Source: Eledone cirrhosa (taxonomy: Eukaryota). Taken from it: a DNA stretch of 64,000 nucleotides. The DNA lies in contig OZ024742.1 in NCBI GenBank assembly GCA_964016885.1, positions 87,916,001 to 87,980,000 on the forward strand, written 5' to 3'. The notes beneath the pieces are model-generated. The model did not search any database, was not told the DNA's origin, and was given only the letters and a program-made list of their open reading frames with translations. A program made the translations under genes and the position numbers. Below, one piece after another: positions 61,730 through 64,000 of this stretch; within the stretch, counting starts at the first letter, position 1, and every line of letters starts with the position of its first letter.

Positions 61730-63195
61730 TCGGTTTACAGAGGCTAGATTACTGAAATAATCCGAATTAGGACCTCAGACGCTCAAGGATTGCCTATATC
61801 TTCCCTTCTGGAAATACTGACTCTCAAGCAACTACTACAGAAGTCGGAGCTGTTGTAGCGTATCTCAATTGAGGTGTGAGGTGGAAAAAGCTGTGTCGGT
61901 ATTCACGGTCAACGTCACGATTTTGGTGTTGAAAATCTATTCCGTACAACAGTTGTTTCGAATGCTGGACGACGGACTGGTAAATGTGTTGAGGGTCTGG
62001 TTTGTCTACACCTCCATGTGCATAAGAAATAGGTTTAGGTAAGGTCAGCGGGAAGACAATTAGGTCGAAAGGAAGTTATCCCTCAAAGGTTGACAGTAGG
62101 TGGCGGAGGCGTATATCACTTCCATCATCTAATACCGCCTAAATTGCCTCGGTTCGCACCTCACCAAATTGGAGCACCTGCTCTTCATCTTGGAAGGTAC
62201 AGTTTCCAATAGTGAGGCTGTTCATCTGGTGCCAACAATTTCTCTGCAGACAACTGGGCAAGATGTGGATGATGGGGCACATACATGCACTGAGGCTACG
62301 TTATCTCTAGATATTCCTAAGCGCTGGACAGGTATGATCACTCTTTGTGAACCAAATCTTTTTGTAGCCTTTCTCCTTGATCGAGCTGAGGTCATGGGCA
62401 AGTCACGACCGGGTCTTGGTGCTTGGCAACTGTAATGTTGTCAGGCCTCAAAGACATGTACCCGTCGTGCATGTTGTTAGTGGAAATTCCACTCCAGCTT
62501 TCTATAGCAAACCAGTGGTAGGCAAGTGAGATGATGCTACTGGAGATCATCTAGGCGTCAACGAGAACGAAATGTTCAGTGTGTTCCGGACGATTTTTTA
62601 GCCGGGAACTATGAAACCATTCTGCACGCACCAGTCCAGAGACCAGGCATTGTAGACTTGTAGAGATTTTTTGAACAGCTATTATCGTCTTGCTATCAAC
62701 GGACACCATCTAGAAGATTGCTTCGACCCCTTCTCTTATTTTGGCCCAGAAGAGCAGGCAGTTAACTTCTGTAAGTAGTTGTTGTAGCGAAAAAGATTGT
62801 GGTAGACATGGTTGAAGTTACTATTCAGTAAATTCATCTTTTTCATGTAGTAGTTGGAAAGTAGAGCGAGAATAGAGAGGGAGCGATTCTCTCAGCACAT
62901 TTTAAGGTTTGGTGAATGTAACCAGGATGACTCGAGTGAAACTTTCTCGTAAGATCATATGCATGTACGCTGGGGAATTTCAAAAGGAGACCGACTCGTT
63001 CCGATGGGGCTCTTAGAGGTTATGATGGTTTAGGATCAGTGGGCTTCCTAAGTTTTCCCGTATTCGGAAATGTTTTTGTTATTAATTAATTGTTGTCACA
63101 TACGATATTTTCTTTACATTCCTAGTAAATCCTCACTGTCCATGTGTTTCTATTATCCTTAATGTTTCGACACAAATGAATAATAAAGAAATAAT
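61730..63195 (+). pseudogene. Old L1/Tx1 ORF2 3' half
   Basis: ERKLSLKG..VAEAYITSII.YRL aligns to 51440-51520; ETILHA zinc-finger remnant; ends aataaagaaa then (TTA)n-like. Confidence 0.75.
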
Positions 63196-63222
63196 CAAAA
63201 TTGTTATTATTATCATTATTAT

Positions 63223-63790
63223 TAACATCATCCATCACTCACATAGTTCAGTCAGTAACGCATCAGACCTTTAATGGTGGTGGATTGGCAGTATCAGTAA
63301 ATCGTCGAACATTATGCTTTGAAGCATAGAATTACGACCCTTTACGCCCTGATTACAAATCCCGCAGAAATTAGCTTGGCGTTTCATCCTTACGTGGTTG
63401 ATAAATTAAAGAACCACTAATGCATTGAATTGATTTACTCTAATCTTCCCGTCCCCCAATATTGTGGGCATTGTGCCTAATTCAGAAATCATAACTAATA
63501 ATATTAACATCATCCGTCGCCCACATAACTTTATCGGTAGAGCATCCTACGTTTAAGGGCAGTGGATTGGCAGCATCGGTAGAACGTCGGACAATATATA
63601 TTGTGACATAGAGATACAGCCCCTTACGCTCTGAGTTCAGATCTCACAGAAGTTAGCTTTGCCTTTCAACCTTATGGGGTCGATAAAATAAAGTACCAGT
63701 AATGCAATGGTTCAATTTAATCGACTTACCCCTCCCCCAAAACTGTTGGCTTTGTGCCTTAATCAGGAAGCATTATTAACAGCATCATTT
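63223..63790 (+). mobile_element. Two older SINE copies in a ~285-bp tandem unit
   Basis: aacatcatcc...ggattggcag...tgtgcct repeated from ~63223 and ~63507. Confidence 0.75.
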
Positions 63791-64000
63791 GTGTCTTCTA
63801 CTTCTCTCCTAGATCTAGATTTATAAAGAGGTTTTATATTGCTCCCGATTTTATATATTATTTAACAAAATTCTATTTTTTAGAATTGCATTCATAACTG
63901 AAGTAATTTATTCGCATCTGTTGGAATAGCCTCAGAAAACATTGGATTTTTTTATCAGTAAACTATCGTTAGAGTGAAGTCATCTGTATTTTCATTGTGG

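Overview
AT-rich, repeat-saturated animal genomic DNA with no confidently identifiable host gene. The SINE type and microsatellite load suggest an octopus-like cephalopod, which is an inference. The window is a nested pile of retroelements sorted by microsatellite target. The (TA)n tracts hold Penelope-like elements (PLEs): a 6.8-kb head-to-head RT/GIY-YIG pair, a Naiad-type copy and several decayed copies. They also hold two near-complete RTE LINEs and many non-coding fold-back elements. A ~20-kb (TTA)n zone holds R4/Dong-type RLE LINEs (all on -), L1/Tx1-type LINEs (all on +) and a tRNA-derived SINE. A CR1-like LINE split by a hAT transposon, a CRE fragment and Helitron-like pieces are also present. 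The main hidden signal is about 22 intact, degenerate or half type-I hammerhead ribozyme motifs from about ten sequence families. Most sit in asymmetric 'inverted repeat plus one-sided tail' units of 0.19-6.8 kb flanked by (TA)n, and several fold-back points fall inside the ribozyme. Other leads are an ORF1-only Tx1 derivative, a SINE sharing its 3' end with the Tx1 LINE, and unexplained structured RNAs in retroelement UTRs. All folds and alignments were done by eye and element boundaries are approximate.
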